From Mustelus asterias (taxonomy: Eukaryota): a DNA stretch of 64,000 nucleotides. Shown here piece by piece: positions 1 to 12,929 of the stretch. Location: assembly GCF_964213995.1 (NCBI RefSeq), contig NC_135815.1:33046001-33110000 (forward strand), read 5' to 3'. The notes beneath the pieces are model-generated. The model was not told where the DNA came from. It saw only the letters and a program-made list of their open reading frames with translations, and ran no database searches. Position 1 is the first letter of the stretch. Each line of letters starts with the position of its first letter. Made by a program: the position numbers and the translations under genes.

Positions 1-563
1 GCTGTGGGTGGGGCTTAACTCACCAAACAGCCTGTAGAGGGAGGTATTGTGCATGTGTAAACCTCATACTGTACATGCACATTATCAGTAACAGAGGTCT
101 GACAGAGAGAGAGCTGTCAGGCCCCTGCTACCACAGGCAGCCTCAACTAGTTCCCCCCACCCGCAATCGCGGGGGCCCGCTGCCCGGGATGGAACCCCCG
201 CAACCCCCTGCCACCCAGACCGATCGCAGCCCCCCATCCCTCCCCCACCGATCGCAGGCAGAGTGGCAGCAGGCCCCTCCGCCACCCCCATTGGCCCGCC
301 CTCACAGTCCCTAACCCCCATTGGCCCTGCCCCATTGGCCCCGCCAATAAATTTACATAAATTCAAATAAATTAATCAGCCTCTCGCCCATTTGCAGTGA
401 GAGGCTAACCACGCGGCGGAAATCCAGGTGTCATAAAATCGCGACAGGCACGAAAATAGGCGCCATTCTTGCTAGTCACTTCACGCCCGATTTTACAACA
501 TTTTCCTGCCTTTTACAACATTTTCCCACCGCAAAATGGGCATAAAGAGGTCATAAAATTCCG
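1..563. mobile_element. Right part of a GC-rich non-autonomous repeat, probably related to the TIR elements at 7.1-8.3 kb and 43.6-44.8 kb
   Basis: CpG-rich, C-run-rich low-complexity body ending in ...CATAAAATTCCG, resembling the AAATTC(C/T) termini of the other copies; ORFs here are low-complexity Pro/Gly. Confidence 0.4.
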
Positions 564-759
564 TTCATGAAGTTTGAAAGTGATGTAGTTTAAATAGAAA
601 CGTGGGTCTTTAATCTAAATAAAGGGAAACTACAAAGGGATAAGGGGCAAGTTGGCAGAGGCAGACCAAGAACTACATTAAAAGATATGATGGTAGACAG
701 GAATTCTACAGATTCTGGAATTGTGCCTACAGATTGGAAGGTAGTAAATGTAACCCTAC

Positions 760-1877
760 TGTAATGACGTGCACTTACATACTTTGTCAGGAACACAAAG
801 AATATTTATTTATTTTTCAAACAGTACAGAGGTTAGCAGTGCCTCTTTCCCAGCTGCCCTAGAGTAGCCCACCAGCTGCCCCATCATAGAAACCACAGAA
901 GCCCTACAGTGCAGGAGGCCATTCGGCCCATCGAGTCTGCACCGACCACAATCCCACCCAGGCCCTACCCCCACATATTTACCCGCTAAGCCCTCTAACC
1001 TACGCATCTCAGGATTCTAAGGGGCAATTTTTTTTTAACCTGGCCAATCAACCTAACCCGCACATCTTTGGACTGTGGGAGGAAACCGGAGCACCCAGAG
1101 GAAACCCACGCAGACACGAAGAGAATGTGCAAACTCCACACAGACAGTGACCCGAGCCAGGAATCGAACCCGGGACCCTGGAGCTGTGAAGCAGCAGTGC
1201 TAACCACTGCGCTACCGTGGCGCCCAATTCCTACATGTCTTCTTCATGTATTCCGCCCAAGATAGGACTCTACCCCCTGGGGTGATTACCCACTCTCAGT
1301 CCCAACAAATCCCTCAGGCCGGGTGATCCTCTTCTGCTGCATTGCCCTGAAACAGACAATCACCACATTCCTCCCCATTTAACAACTTAATGCAATCTTC
1401 AATCACCGAGTTACTTAGTTTTAAACACTAAATAAACATTATACTCATGAGTTGGCCAATTATAAATCAACTTTTTAAGGGGGTTTTCTGTTTCTTGTAG
1501 AAAAGTGGAATTTTGTAATCTGAAATACTTCCACCAGATCGACGTTAACAGGAACTGCAAATAATGGGTACTTCTTCTGACACAGCCAGTTCATTACTAC
1601 TTGCTTCTGACTGTACTGACCAATCCAGGCTCATTCTGCATCCATCCTTCAGGGTCTGGCAATATCTTAACATCTCATTGGGTCTTTTTGCCCAAAGACC
1701 AGGCATTCAGGTGAGTACTTCTTCAGACTTTTATTAAAACAGGATACTCACAGGCATTGGCCCACAGGCAGTGTCACCAATAATCAATCCCATCCTTGTC
1801 ACCAATGTAATGGTTTGTGCACACACAAATTTCATCAGAAACACAAAGGGTATTTATTAATAAGGAAAAACTGTACA
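760..1877 (-). mobile_element. Possible degraded LTR/Gypsy 3' remnant, interrupted by a SINE
   Basis: Two similar segments TGTAATG..GTGCAC..CAG(G/A)AACACAAAG..TATTTATT at ~760 and ~1806 (LTR end ...TTACA with AATAAA on minus); minus strand near 1460-1500 resembles a pol C-terminus (TRNRKP...). Confidence 0.35.
885..1225 (-). mobile_element. HE1-type tRNA-derived V-SINE, full length
   Basis: Reverse complement gives a tRNA head (GTGGTTAGCACTGCTGCTTCACAG..GGTTCGATTCC), V-domain (GTGTCTGCGTGGGTTTCCTC..GGTGCTCCGGTTTCCTCCCACAGTCCAAAGA) and CR1-like tail. Confidence 0.9.
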
Positions 1878-2190
1878 GGTCTAGAATCAAGGGACACAGT
1901 CTCAGAATAAGAGTTAGGCCATTTCAGATTGACATGAGGAGCAATTTCTTCAGAGGGTGATTAATCTTTGGAATTCTCTCGCCCAGATTAATCTTTTGAA
2001 TTCTCTACTCTAGAGACTCAGTCACTGAGTATATTCAAAGTAGAGGTCAATAGATTTCTAGATACCAATGATATCAAGGGATAGGAGGATAGGCAAGAAG
2101 ATAGCATTGAGTTGGAAGGTAAGCCATGATCAAAATGGCAGAGTGGCCTTGAGGGGCCAAATGGCCCATTCCTGGTCCTGCATTCCTACT
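1878..2190 (+). mobile_element. CR1 LINE 3' fragment
   Basis: TCTAGAATCAAGGGACACAGTCTCAGAATAAGA..GAGGAGCAATTTCTTCAGAGGGTG..TGGAATTCTCT, typical CR1 ORF2 end and 3'UTR. Confidence 0.75.
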
Positions 2191-2504
2191 TGTTGGTGTA
2201 GTATATTGCAAGATCTGAGCATTTTGTTTTATTGCCTCTGTTGGGGAGGTATACATAAGTTATTCAATGATGGCTACCTGCATATGCGTTAGTCTTAGTG
2301 CAATACACAACAGAAAGGTGGCAATGAGGCTGGGATAGAAATTTCTCAAATGAAATGTAAAAGAAAATCAGGACTGAAGAGCACTGTGACACATTTTGGA
2401 ACTCCTAAAGTTGAATTTGAGGAACTTTGAGCAATTTAAAAGATTGTTCCATACGCACAGCGTATTCAGGTACAATGAGTTAGCACATTATCCAATTGAA
2501 AAAA

Positions 2505-4400
2505 TGGCACTGAAGGCACATTTGGGGACAATGATGGAATTCAACCCTGACTAACAAAGAGGATTGGTATAATTACAAACTAAGGTTACACATTTAGCTG
2601 AAAGTGAACAAAATAAGAAATGAGAATAAATGTTTTCCTCATCATGATGGGGCCAGATGCTCCTGAGATGGTGTCAAACCAATGTTCTCCTCAAGACTCC
2701 AGTACTATGGACTATTCTGAAATTAGTGAGATTCTGCACTCATATTACGGCACAACTAAGGATGATATTATATTGCAGTCAGACTGGCATTCCATGAATG
2801 GAAGCAGTTGGCAAGTGAGACCTTTGTTGATTACATTCTCAAAATAAATAAACTCATCACTGTGAGTATAGTGTGAACCTAGAAATCAACCTCAGAGACA
2901 TGTTTGCAGGAGGCCTAAAAACAATAAAATCCAAGCAAAGTATTTGGAGCAAAGGCAACAAGCTAACACAAAAGGAGGCCTACGATGAGGCCACAGCATA
3001 GAAATGGCAGAAAGAGATGCAGATTGCATGGGAGTTCTTTTCCTGAACTGGTGGCGATTCAGTGAGATCCAGGCAATGGGAAGCTAAGTTCAAAGTCTCA
3101 GAGTCAGAAATTTAGATGTTGTTGCTATGCTAGCCACCAACCATTTAAATGTCCGCTTTCCAGTCAAACTGCTATGCCTGTGGGAAAGTTGATCATATCC
3201 AGGAGGCACCAGTAATACTCCAGGTTGCAATAAAGCACCAAGTTACTGCCATGCACCAAGTCGAGGATGTGGTATATCTAAAGCTCATACAGGAGTCTGG
3301 AAGTCCTTGAATGAACATATGATTGACATGGAAACAGAAATTGGTATAATCGAACAAGAAGATTAAGAATTGTACTCAGAGCAGGAAAAACAGTACGTAC
3401 AGCTCAGAGTAAGAGTTGAAGATATAATTCCAGTGCCCAGAGTAAAAACAAATGTCAGAGATCCACGTTTTCTGCATTGATAGAGCTGTAGCAGGTATCT
3501 GTTATCTTAGAGAGTACAAGATATCCTTAAGACAAATTCCCTTACACAAAACTGGCGTGAAACTGACTAGTTATTCCAATAATTGTATTCCAGTGTTGGA
3601 AGTAGTTAGTGTCAGAGTGGAATACAATGATCCATCCAATTACTCACTAATAGAAGGGAACAAAGTCCCCCTGATGGGAAGGAATTGGCTAAAGAAAATA
3701 GGGTTAAGGTGGTCTGAGTTATCACCAGCAGGGATCAGTAAGAGGAAGGCATTGAGGAACTGCTAAAAGAGCACAAAGTGACCTATGAGCAAGGAGGCGC
3801 AGAAGGTAAACATAGGCATCACAAGATGGGGAGGCACGGTGGCACAGTGGTTACCACTGCTGCCTTAAAGTGCCAGGGACTTGGGTTCAATTCCAGCTTT
3901 GGGTGACTGTGTGGAGTTTGCACATTCTCCCCGTGTCTGCATGGGTTTCCTCTGGGTGCTCCAGTTTCCTCCCACAGACCAAAGATGTGCAGGTTAGATG
4001 GATTGGCCATGTTAAATTGTCCCCAAGATGTGTAGTTTAGGAGAATTAGCCATGGTAAATGCGCGGGGTTACAGGGTGGGAGTGGGCCTGGGTAAGATAT
4101 TCTATCGGACAGTCGGATAGATTAGAAAGAACGAGGATAATTAAGAAGAGTGCTGAGTGGGCCATACCCATTGTGGTAGTTCAAATAATAGATGGGTCCA
4201 TTCAACTTTGTGCAGGCTATCAGAAAACGGTAAATAAAATGAGCGAGAATTATACATACTGCCTATCAGTGGCTATTTGTTTTCTAACTTAGGCAATGGA
4301 AAAGTTTTCAGTAAGGTGGATTTGTCAAATGCATATTGCGATTAGAATTAACAGACAAGAACAAGAACTACTTACCATTCATACACACAAATGTGTTACT
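2505..4400 (+). mobile_element. Degenerate Ty3/Gypsy gag-protease-RT relic
   Basis: Gag-like VFLIMMGPDAPEMVSNQCSP..MDYSEI; knuckle-like CYACGKVDHI (~3170-3200); protease-end PLMGRNWLKKIGLRW; RT start SAEWAIPIVVV..DGSIQLC and KVFSKVDLSNAY; many stops and frameshifts. Confidence 0.75.
3828..4118 (+). mobile_element. HE1-type V-SINE inserted in the Gypsy relic
   Basis: GGCACGGTGGCACAGTGGTTA..GGGTTCAATTCC head plus V-domain. Confidence 0.85.
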
Positions 4401-5065
4401 ATTAAATATGAAGTGGTAGAATGGCTCCCCTCTTTTTCCACTCCTTGATTACCCACAACAAGTGTTTTTTTTTGCTTACCAATACATTGAGTGTTTACAT
4501 GGTTAAGTGCTGTGACTAAATGACACAAGAAAACCTGTGAGAGTTTTTAAAAGAAAAAGGAATAGTGTTTATTGTACTTTAAAACTCAATCTAAATAAAA
4601 CATTCTCACACACACATACATTCAAGAGCACACAAACACAGGTAAATTACAACATATAAAGATGAGTTAAATGGTTTGAGAGTCAAAGAAGTGGATTGTA
4701 TACAGATCTTGTACATTGATGACTTGAATGGTTTGATGATTTTTCTGGATTCTGCACCAAGATGATTTGAAGATGTTGACAGAAGATTTATCTCTTCTTC
4801 TGGGGTCAGCAGCTGTTCGGTTCATTTTTGACAATGCTGCCCACAACACGTGGCTGGTTAAACAACAGGCAGGAAACAAGCTTGCAGGATGGCTGGAGAG
4901 AGGGCCCTAGCAAGATTTTCCTGTTCTCACATTCTAGACTGTCTCTCTTCTTCTTCTGATTGAGGCTGGAGAAAAGCAGTTCTTTAACACAAAGAGGGGC
5001 AGTTGGTTCATCACATGATCTCCCCTTGCAAACTTACCAGTTATCCAAACATGGTCATGGCAAGT

Positions 5066-6135
5066 TGAAGAGTGCAGGATGGCATGCTAGGTGTACCTCA
5101 GAGTGAGGTGTCAACCTGGTGAAGCTACAGGACTATTGCATGCCAAACAGCGTGAGCAGCAAGTGATAGACAGAGTTAAGTGATTCCACAACCAAAAGAT
5201 CAAATCTAATCTCTGCAGTCCTGCCACATCCAGTCATGAGACGATTAAACAACTCACTGCAGCAGGAGGCTCCACAAATGCCCCGATTCACATCAGTGCA
5301 AAAGATAAGGCTGAAGTATTTGCAACCATCTTCAGCCAGACGTGCCAACTGGATGGTCCATCTTTGCCTCCTCTGGAGGTCGCCAGCATCACAGATGTCT
5401 GTCTTCAGCCAATTTTATTCATTCTACATGATATCAAAAAACAGCTGAAGGCACTTAATACTGCAAAGGCAATGGGCCCTGACAATGTTCCAGCAATAGT
5501 ACTGAAGACTTGTGCTCCAGAACTTGCAGCACCTCTAGCCAAGCTGTTCTAGGACAGCTACACCACTGGCATCTATGTAGCAAAATGGGAAATTGCCCAA
5601 GTATGTCCTGTACACAAAAAGCAGGACCAATCCAACCCAGCCAATTATCGCCCCATCAGTATACTCTCGATCATCAGTAAAGTCATGGAGGGGTCATCAA
5701 TAGTGCTATCAAGCAGCACTTGGTTAGCAATAGCCTACTCATTGTTTAGGTTCCGCCAGGATCACTCAGCTCCTGACCTTATTACAGCCTTGGTTCATAC
5801 ATGGACAAAAGAGCTGAACTCCAGAGGCAAGGTGAGTGACTGCCCTTGACATCAAGGCAGCTTTTTTCCCCATTTGGATCAAGATTGTAACAAAGACTGG
5901 AGCTGAGTAGCCCTGATGAAATCCAAACTGAGCACTGGTGAGCAAGTTCCACTTGTAACATTGTCAAAGACCCCTTCTACCACTTCGCTGATGATTGAGA
6001 ATTGGTTGATGGGTGGTAATTGGCCAGATTGGATTTATCCTGCTTTTTATGGATGACATGTATCTGGCCAATTTTCCACATTTTTGAATAGATATCAGTG
6101 TTGTAGTTATACTGGGATAGCTTGAGCATAGGCCT
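5066..6135 (+). mobile_element. Degenerate non-LTR LINE RT fragment (CR1/Jockey group) with an inverted piece at ~5895-6135
   Basis: LKALNTAKAMGPDNVPAIVLKTCAPELAAPLAKLF, then WEIAQVCPVHKK and ANYRPISILSIISKVME; the 5.9-6.1 kb part is the reverse complement of the same region. Confidence 0.75.
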
Positions 6136-7120
6136 AAGGATACATTAAGTACACCCTCCATGTTATCAAACTACCTCCACCTCTCCTTTCAGTCCCTGAT
6201 TTGGTGATCCCAACAATTTCAATCTGAGCACACACCTTTCCCAGCACTAAAATTAGGGCCCTCCTTCAAGTATTTCTAGATCTGTAATTCCGTTTCTATA
6301 ACCCATGTTGTCCTGTACTCACTGCTCCCTACAGTACTCCAAAATACCCAACTTCACTACTCCTACAACTCAGCACCATGTTCTTTGCATTGCCAAACCC
6401 AGAACCATCCGACTGTTGCCACACCCTAACAAACTACTCCCACTGGACTCGGGCCACACAAATACCTTCTCACAGTTCACAACTTCCTGACATCCTCATT
6501 TTAATACCACAGTTCCCAAGCCCTAGAACTAGCAAAGCATATGACAGAACTTTTATTTCTCCCCACTCCTCCCACCCACTTACTCGCACTGAATATCCTT
6601 ACCGACTTGCAATCTGAACCATCTTCATATGTATTTTGGCTTTAAAAATAAAGAGATAAAACTCCTAAACATAACTGATTCCCAATCCTGGTCCTCCAAG
6701 TTCTTATTATACTTGAACTATACCTACAACAGACCACAAAATTAACAGAAAAAGGAGCTTGTATTTACATGGCACCTTTCATAGCCTTGGGACAGCACCT
6801 AAGAATCTCGAATCAGGAAATCATTTCCATTTTTAATATGATTTATAAAATCAAAGAAACTAAAAATAGACTGGGATTTTCTTTTAAATGTTAAATAAAA
6901 TTTCACCAGAAAAATTACTGCTTCCAACTACACCTGAAAACCTGGCCTTAATTGAAAGAGCTTAGGAGTAAGTGCACACTCAGGAATCTTGCTTAAAAGG
7001 TTCTGTAACCTGGGTTAGGGTCATAATTATAGATAAGCATTAGACAATTACAAAAAAGGAAATTCAGGGAGAATGTACTTAGTGCATAACGTATTGACTC
7101 TCAAAATTCTGCAATTCTTA

Positions 7121-8323
7121 ACAGCGATTCTCCCATTCTCCCATTTAATTTTTTGGCGGGTCGGGCTGGGAGATTCAAGCGTGAGCCAATTCACGGGATT
7201 CACGCATGCGTTCCCGACGCGCATGCATCTCCCAACAACAGATATCCGGCGTGGTTGAGGCCACACAGTAAACTGGCAGAAACAGCAGGTAAGTAATTTT
7301 AATCTTTTTTTAATGTGATTTGAATGTGATTATCAGGCCCGGGACTAAATTCTCCGGGCCCGATAGCATTTCCCACCCCACCAGTACAATTTCACTCTGG
7401 CGGGGTTTCAAGTAGCTCCCCACTTTTGGGGAACTTGTGGGAGACCCCGCTGGAGTGAATGGGTGGAGGGGGCATTCAGGGCACCCCAGGGGTTCGGATA
7501 GTGGGAGGTGGTGTCCCCTGGACATGGTCATCCTGGCAGTGCCAGTCTGTGCCACCTGGTACTGGTACTGCCCAAGGAGGCATCTTGGCACTGGCCACCG
7601 GGCATCATGCAGTGCCAAGGGGGCAGAGTCTATTGAGAGCAGGGCTTATCGGGCAGGGCCTAGTGGGCGATTGGTGGGGGTGGGAGGGTCCCACTGTCAC
7701 TCTGCCATTTTGATCGATTAGGGCTGGAGGGTGGCCAGCAATCAGGGTGGTCTGCTTCGTGGTAGGGCTCTACCGAGGCAGGGCAGGGGGGAGTGGTGGG
7801 TCTACTGGGATGGAGGTGGGTCTGCCAGTGTGGGGGGATCGTCACTGCTGGGGGGGGGGGTTGCTGATGATCGGGGTGCTCCTGGACGGGGTTGGGGCTG
7901 GCCCGGGAATGCTTGTGGGGGCCACGTTCAGGCCGTGGGGGGGGGGGGTTTGGGGCTGGCCCGGGAATGCTTGTGGGGGCCACAATCGGGCCGTGGGGGC
8001 AGGGGGGGGAAGCTGGCGGTGCTGCACTGCAGGTGTCCCGGGCTGGCCAGTGATCAGGCTGGCCAGCAAAATGCAGGCTGACAGTTCGGGGCCACTGCGC
8101 ATGGCAGAGTTCCAGAACTGTCAGACTCTGGTGTGAATGCCTACCATCCCCTCACCACCACCTCCCCCCCCTTGAGTTTTTAATGATATTTGCGATTGTG
8201 ACCTCTGCAGTGTACAGAGTGTGGGCGCTTTGAGTCTGAACTCCCACTGAAAAAATAATCTTGATTTACACCATTTTTTCCTGCGAATTCAGCACTTAGA
8301 ACTTTTTTGGGAGAATCACCCCC
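7121..8323. mobile_element. GC-rich non-autonomous TIR-like element with an internal ~59-bp tandem duplication
   Basis: Ends ..GCGATTCTCCC and GGGAGAATCACCCCC; shares internal motifs (CTGGCAGTGCCA..GGCACTGG) with 43571-44763; TTGGGGCTGGCCCGGGAATGCTTGTGGGGGCCAC occurs twice at ~7892 and ~7950. Confidence 0.55.
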
Positions 8324-9231
8324 AGTATGTTTGAATTGCATTCATAATGCAAATCTTTAGGTGCAAAAGTGCAGCAACCTTCAAGTCCAAGAATTCACAA
8401 AGTGTACAGTTTGTAGCCTTTTATGGTAGATTGCTCCTTTGCTGTCTCCGACTCATCATAATCAATATCACAGGAAAGTCACTGAAATACTTATTAAATA
8501 ATAGTACACATAACACGCACATCCTTTCCATCACCTATCAAACGACATACTTGCAAAGGAAAGTACTACATAAACAAAAGAACTAATTTGCAATGTACAA
8601 AGATCCTTAGCAATTGAATACACTTTAACTGACACAACAGCTATACATGTGACCCCTGACCAATTTTACCAATCTCGCTTTTTAAAAATGTGCATTATCT
8701 ATACAAACAGAATAGATGAACAGAACTAATGTGTATGTAATCATGTGTTCTTTTTATGTTACACACTATAAAATGCACTCTTGCGCACCATGTAAAAGTA
8801 TTTTTTCCCTTTTAATTGTAATTGAACAATTCCAATGAAAAACTACAAGAAAAGCTGTGGATATCACTTGTATTTCACTTGTAACTTTATCATCACAATT
8901 GGTTTGCAGCTTGTAAAAACAGTGGTACTAATAAAGCAGGATCAGTGGAAATCCAGTCAGCACCATATCACATTGCTCTTGCTTTCAACTTGCAGTAAAT
9001 GTTGTATTTTATAACATGATGAATTTAACCCCCACCTGCTCTGTAAAACTTCTGTCATACAAATTCAGAGACCACTGCATACACTGTTGGAGCAACATAA
9101 TGTATATACTATAATGTAACAGGTAAAGCCACAAATGGACAGGACTTAATACTTCAGCAGATGAATGTATTTCAGATTCATGCTTTTTTAAATGATTACT
9201 GAATATAACATTGCTCTTGGATTATTGTGTC

Positions 9232-9278
9232 TGTTTCAGAAGGAATGTTTGATTTTGTTTCAGAAGGAATGTTTGATT
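9232..9278. repeat. 24-bp tandem duplication
   Basis: TGTTTCAGAAGGAATGTTTGATT occurs twice in tandem. Confidence 0.85.
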
Positions 9279-9414
9279 ATGCATGTTTCAGTCACCTTTT
9301 CATATCATTAAGGGATTTTGCTGTTCACTTCGATATTTCCACATATTTAACTTTTATGTAAATAAAGCAAGGTATGGAGCCAGATCTATATTTTTTATAC
9401 ATCTACCACACCAA

Positions 9415-9980
9415 CAGCATGCATTTATATAGTGCCTTTACCATAGTAAAATTTCCCACACTGTTTCACAGAAACATTATCAAACAAACTTGATACCAAG
9501 ACACATAAGGTTTCAGGACAGATGAGAAAAAGGTTTTAAGGCATCTTAAAAGAGGTACATCAGGCAGCGAGGTTTAGGGAGTGAATTTCAGAACTTAGTG
9601 CCTCGGCAGCTATAGGCACAGCAGTCAATGATGGATTAATCTAAATTGGGTGTGTTAAAAGCCCAGAATCGCAGAAGGTTCAAGGTTTGCTGGAATGAGC
9701 ACAATGGGATATTGGGTGAACAGGAAGGACACGGTGCACAGCAAGTGATAGGCCTGCTAAGCAAACACTAGGATAACATAGTCTGGAGACCTGAAGCCCA
9801 AACAAGAATTTAAACAGCCTATGGGTCAAGGCAAGGCTGAGGAGACTGGCCATGTAATAGAGTCATAGAGGTTTACAACACGGATGAAGATATGTGATCT
9901 TGATGAGGGAGACAGTATGGAACTAGAAGTTCTGTTCAGGATCAGATTGGATGCCATGGTTGCCAATACTCTGGTTCAAT
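9415..9980 (-). mobile_element. Degraded L2-like LINE 3' fragment
   Basis: TGCATTTATATAGTGCCTTT tail followed by GGTTTAGGGAGTGAATTTCAGAACTTAG; reverse-complement similarity to the L2-like end at 24.7-25.1 kb. Confidence 0.5.
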
Positions 9981-10544
9981 GTCAATGTCATTTGTGCCTT
10001 TGATAAGGGTTGATTCATTGTGTCAGAAGCAGAAACTTGAGTGTCAATTTATACAACTTAGGAAATTTATAAAATTTGCTTCCCACTTGGTCAAATGTTA
10101 GTCCATGTCTCATTTATAAATGACAGTAATTTAATCATACAGTTTTGCATAATTTTTGAAAATGCTAGGTGCAAAATAATAAAATTCTACCCTAATTCAA
10201 CATTTGATAACTGATTTTGAAAAAAAACATACAACACTGGAATTGCACACAAATTTGAGCATTAATTCTAAAAATGGACCTATTCAACATAAAGATATAT
10301 TCTGTTCTCCAGTTCTGTTTGTCATTTGAGCTCTGAACATGGGCTGGAATTCATTCCAATCTAAGATCACAATTTTACTGGAATGATGACGATCTTCCTC
10401 TAACACAAGAATATATGTAAATTACAGAACGACTGTTGTTTCATGCTCCAGACTTTGCATAACCTCTGTATATCAAGCAAACTTTTAACAATTAAATATA
10501 TACCTCTGACACTTCTCTTCCCTTCCTTGACCACTCTGTCTCCA

Positions 10545-10756
10545 GAGGGTGGTGAACCTGTGGAACTCATTGCCACAGAGGGCTGTGGAGGCCAGGTCAT
10601 TGAGTGTCTTTAAGGCAGAGATAGATAGGTTCTTGATCAATAAGGTGATCAAGGGTTGTGGGGAGGAGAACAGGGATGAGAATCATATCAGCCATGAGTG
10701 AATGACAGAGCAGACTCACTGGGCCGAATGGCCTAATTCTGCACCTATATCTTATG
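10545..10756 (+). mobile_element. 5'-truncated CR1 3' end with 7-bp TSD
   Basis: GAGGGTGGTGAACCTGTGGAACTCATTGCC..GGGCCGAATGGCCTAATTCTGCACC flanked by GTCTCCA at 10538-10544 and 10757-10763. Confidence 0.85.
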
Positions 10757-11230
10757 GTCTCCATTTTTGGTGATAAACTGTCCACGAGTATCCATTACAA
10801 GCCCACCGACTCCCACAACTACCTTGACTACAGCTCTTCACACCTCTGATCCTGTAAGAACTCCATCCCATTCTCTCAATTCCTTCGTCTCTGTCACATC
10901 TGTTCTGATGATGCCACTTTCCAAAATAGTGCTGCCGATATGTCTTCCTTCTTCCTCAATCGTGCTTTTCCACCCACTATGGTTGACAGGTCAACCACGT
11001 CCAACCTATCTTCCGGGCACCTGCTCTTACCCGCTCCCTCCCTTCCAGAGCCAGGATAGGGTCCCCCTTGTCCTCACTTTTCATCCCACCAGTCTCCACG
11101 TACAAAGGATCATCCTCCGCTATTTCCGCCAACTCCAGCATGATGCCACTACTCAACACATCTCCCCCCCCCCCGTCAGCATTCTGCAGGGACCGTTCTC
11201 TCCGGGACACCGTGGTCCACTCCTCCATCA

Positions 11231-11533
11231 TAAAATCCCTACAGTGCAGGAGGCGGCCATTCGGCCCATCAAGTCTGCACCAACCACAATCCCACCCAGA
11301 CCCTATTCCTGTACCCCACATATTTACCCTGCTAATCCCCTGACACTAGGGCCAATTTAGCACAGCAAATCAACCTAACCCGCACATCTTTGGACCGTGG
11401 GAGGAAACCAGAGCACCCAGAGGAAACCCTCACAGACACAGGGAGAACGTGCAAACTCCACACAGTCACCCAAGCCCATAATTGAACCCGGGTCCCTGGC
11501 GCTGTGAAGCAGCAGTGCTAACCACCGTGCTGC
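11231..11533 (-). mobile_element. HE1-type V-SINE with 6-bp TSD
   Basis: Full SINE on minus strand flanked by CCATCA at 11225-11230 and 11534-11539. Confidence 0.9.
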
Positions 11534-12438
11534 CCATCACCCAACACCTCACCTCCTGCCACAGCGCCTTCCCATGCAATCATAGAAAGTGCAACACCTG
11601 CCCCTTTACCTCCTCCCTGCACCGCCCCAGATCCTAAACACCCCTTTCAGGTGAAGCAGCACTTCACATGCACCTCCTTCAATCTGGTCTATTGCATTTG
11701 CTGCTCCCAATGTGATATAATCTACATCGGAGACCAAATGCAGACTGAGTGACCACTTTGCTGAACACCTTTGGTACGTCCACAAGCAGGACCTAGGCCT
11801 TCCTGTCGCTTGCCACTTCAATACACCACCCTCTCTCCTATCCATATGTCCGTCCTTGGCCTTTTGCAATGTTCGAGCGAACCCCAACGCAAACTGGAGG
11901 AATAGCACCTCATCTTCCGATTGAGCACTTTACAGCCTTCTGGACTGAACATTGAGTTCAACAACTTCAGAGCATGAATTCTTTCCTCCACCTTCACCCC
12001 ATTTCCATTTATTTTATTTCATTTTGTTTCATCTCATTCATCCATTTTATCATCCTTCTTTCTCACTTCAATTTTTCCACTTCTCCATTTCGGCTCTCCT
12101 TCTTGCCCCCTTCCCCAGCCTCAGGGAAACTGCCATAATCCTCAGGCAGTCCCTGAACCATCTGTAACTGTTCTGCCATTCACACATTCTGATCACTTAA
12201 TGGACACTTTTAGCATCTTCTCAGACTTTTTATCCTTATTTACATTCCCTTTGTCCCATTCCATCACCCACACCATTCCACCCTCATAGTATAAACCTCT
12301 GCTAATTCTCTTTGCTCTGAGGAAGGGTCATCTAGACTTGAAGTGTTGGCTCTATTCTCTCCCCAGATGCTGTCAGACCTGTTGAGATTTTCCAGCATTT
12401 TGTTTTTGTTTCAGATTCCAGCATCTGCTTTTATCTAA

Positions 12439-12490
12439 ATATATATATATATATATATACACCTATTACTATATATCTATACATATATAC
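12439..12490. repeat. (AT)n microsatellite
   Basis: ATATATATAT... run with degenerate extension. Confidence 0.85.
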
Positions 12491-12929
12491 ACCATCAGGA
12501 AAATTTTTAGTATATACTCTGAAATACTGGCAGCTATGTTTTGACAGCAACTTCCTAAAAGTTTGTTCATCAAATGTAGGCCAATTAATTATTAGTTGGC
12601 CAATTTACTTTTGTTTGCGCTTTAATAAAATCCTTGCAATTCCCATAAAATCTTATTCTGAACAATATTAAAACTACAACTAAGGGATAAAGTACTTTAA
12701 GGGGCCTCACTGCATTCAGATTTCAAGCAGATTTAATGGTTGCAATACCCAACAAAGGCACACAAGTATTTACGTTGTTTTATTATATTAATAATGTGCA
12801 GAGTGTAAGATACCATGATAGATTTGTTGTTAGAAAAGTACATTATTTCAGACCGCATTATGATCTTGCAAATAAAACGAAATTCTAACTTATAAAATGT
12901 TTGTCAGAAAGAAATGTTCGGTAGCTACA

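Larger units (their letters stand above)
10506..12432 (+). mobile_element. Penelope-like element (Neptune type), degenerate RT C-terminus + GIY-YIG endonuclease + pseudo-LTR; carries CR1 and SINE insertions
   Basis: SDTSLPFLD / GDKLSTSIHYKPTDSHNYLDYSSSH; DRVPLVLTFHPT; FQVKQHFTCTSFNLVYCICCSQC..YIGE-like GIY-YIG motif at ~11645-11770; terminal CTGAGGAAGGGTCATCTAGACTTGAAG..CAGATGCTGTCAGACCTG unit. Confidence 0.85.

Noticed and set aside
995-1265. Recurrent short ORFs such as MVSTAASQLQGPGFDS and MDCGRKPEHPEETHAD
   Set aside because: Translations of HE1 SINE copies, repeated across the window; not genes.
4410-5060. Possible solo LTR
   Set aside because: LTR-like composition but no convincing TG..CA ends or TSD identified.
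7310-8136. Cluster of overlapping 80-130 aa ORFs
   Set aside because: Gly/Pro low-complexity frames from a GC-rich repeat; no recognisable domain or splice structure.
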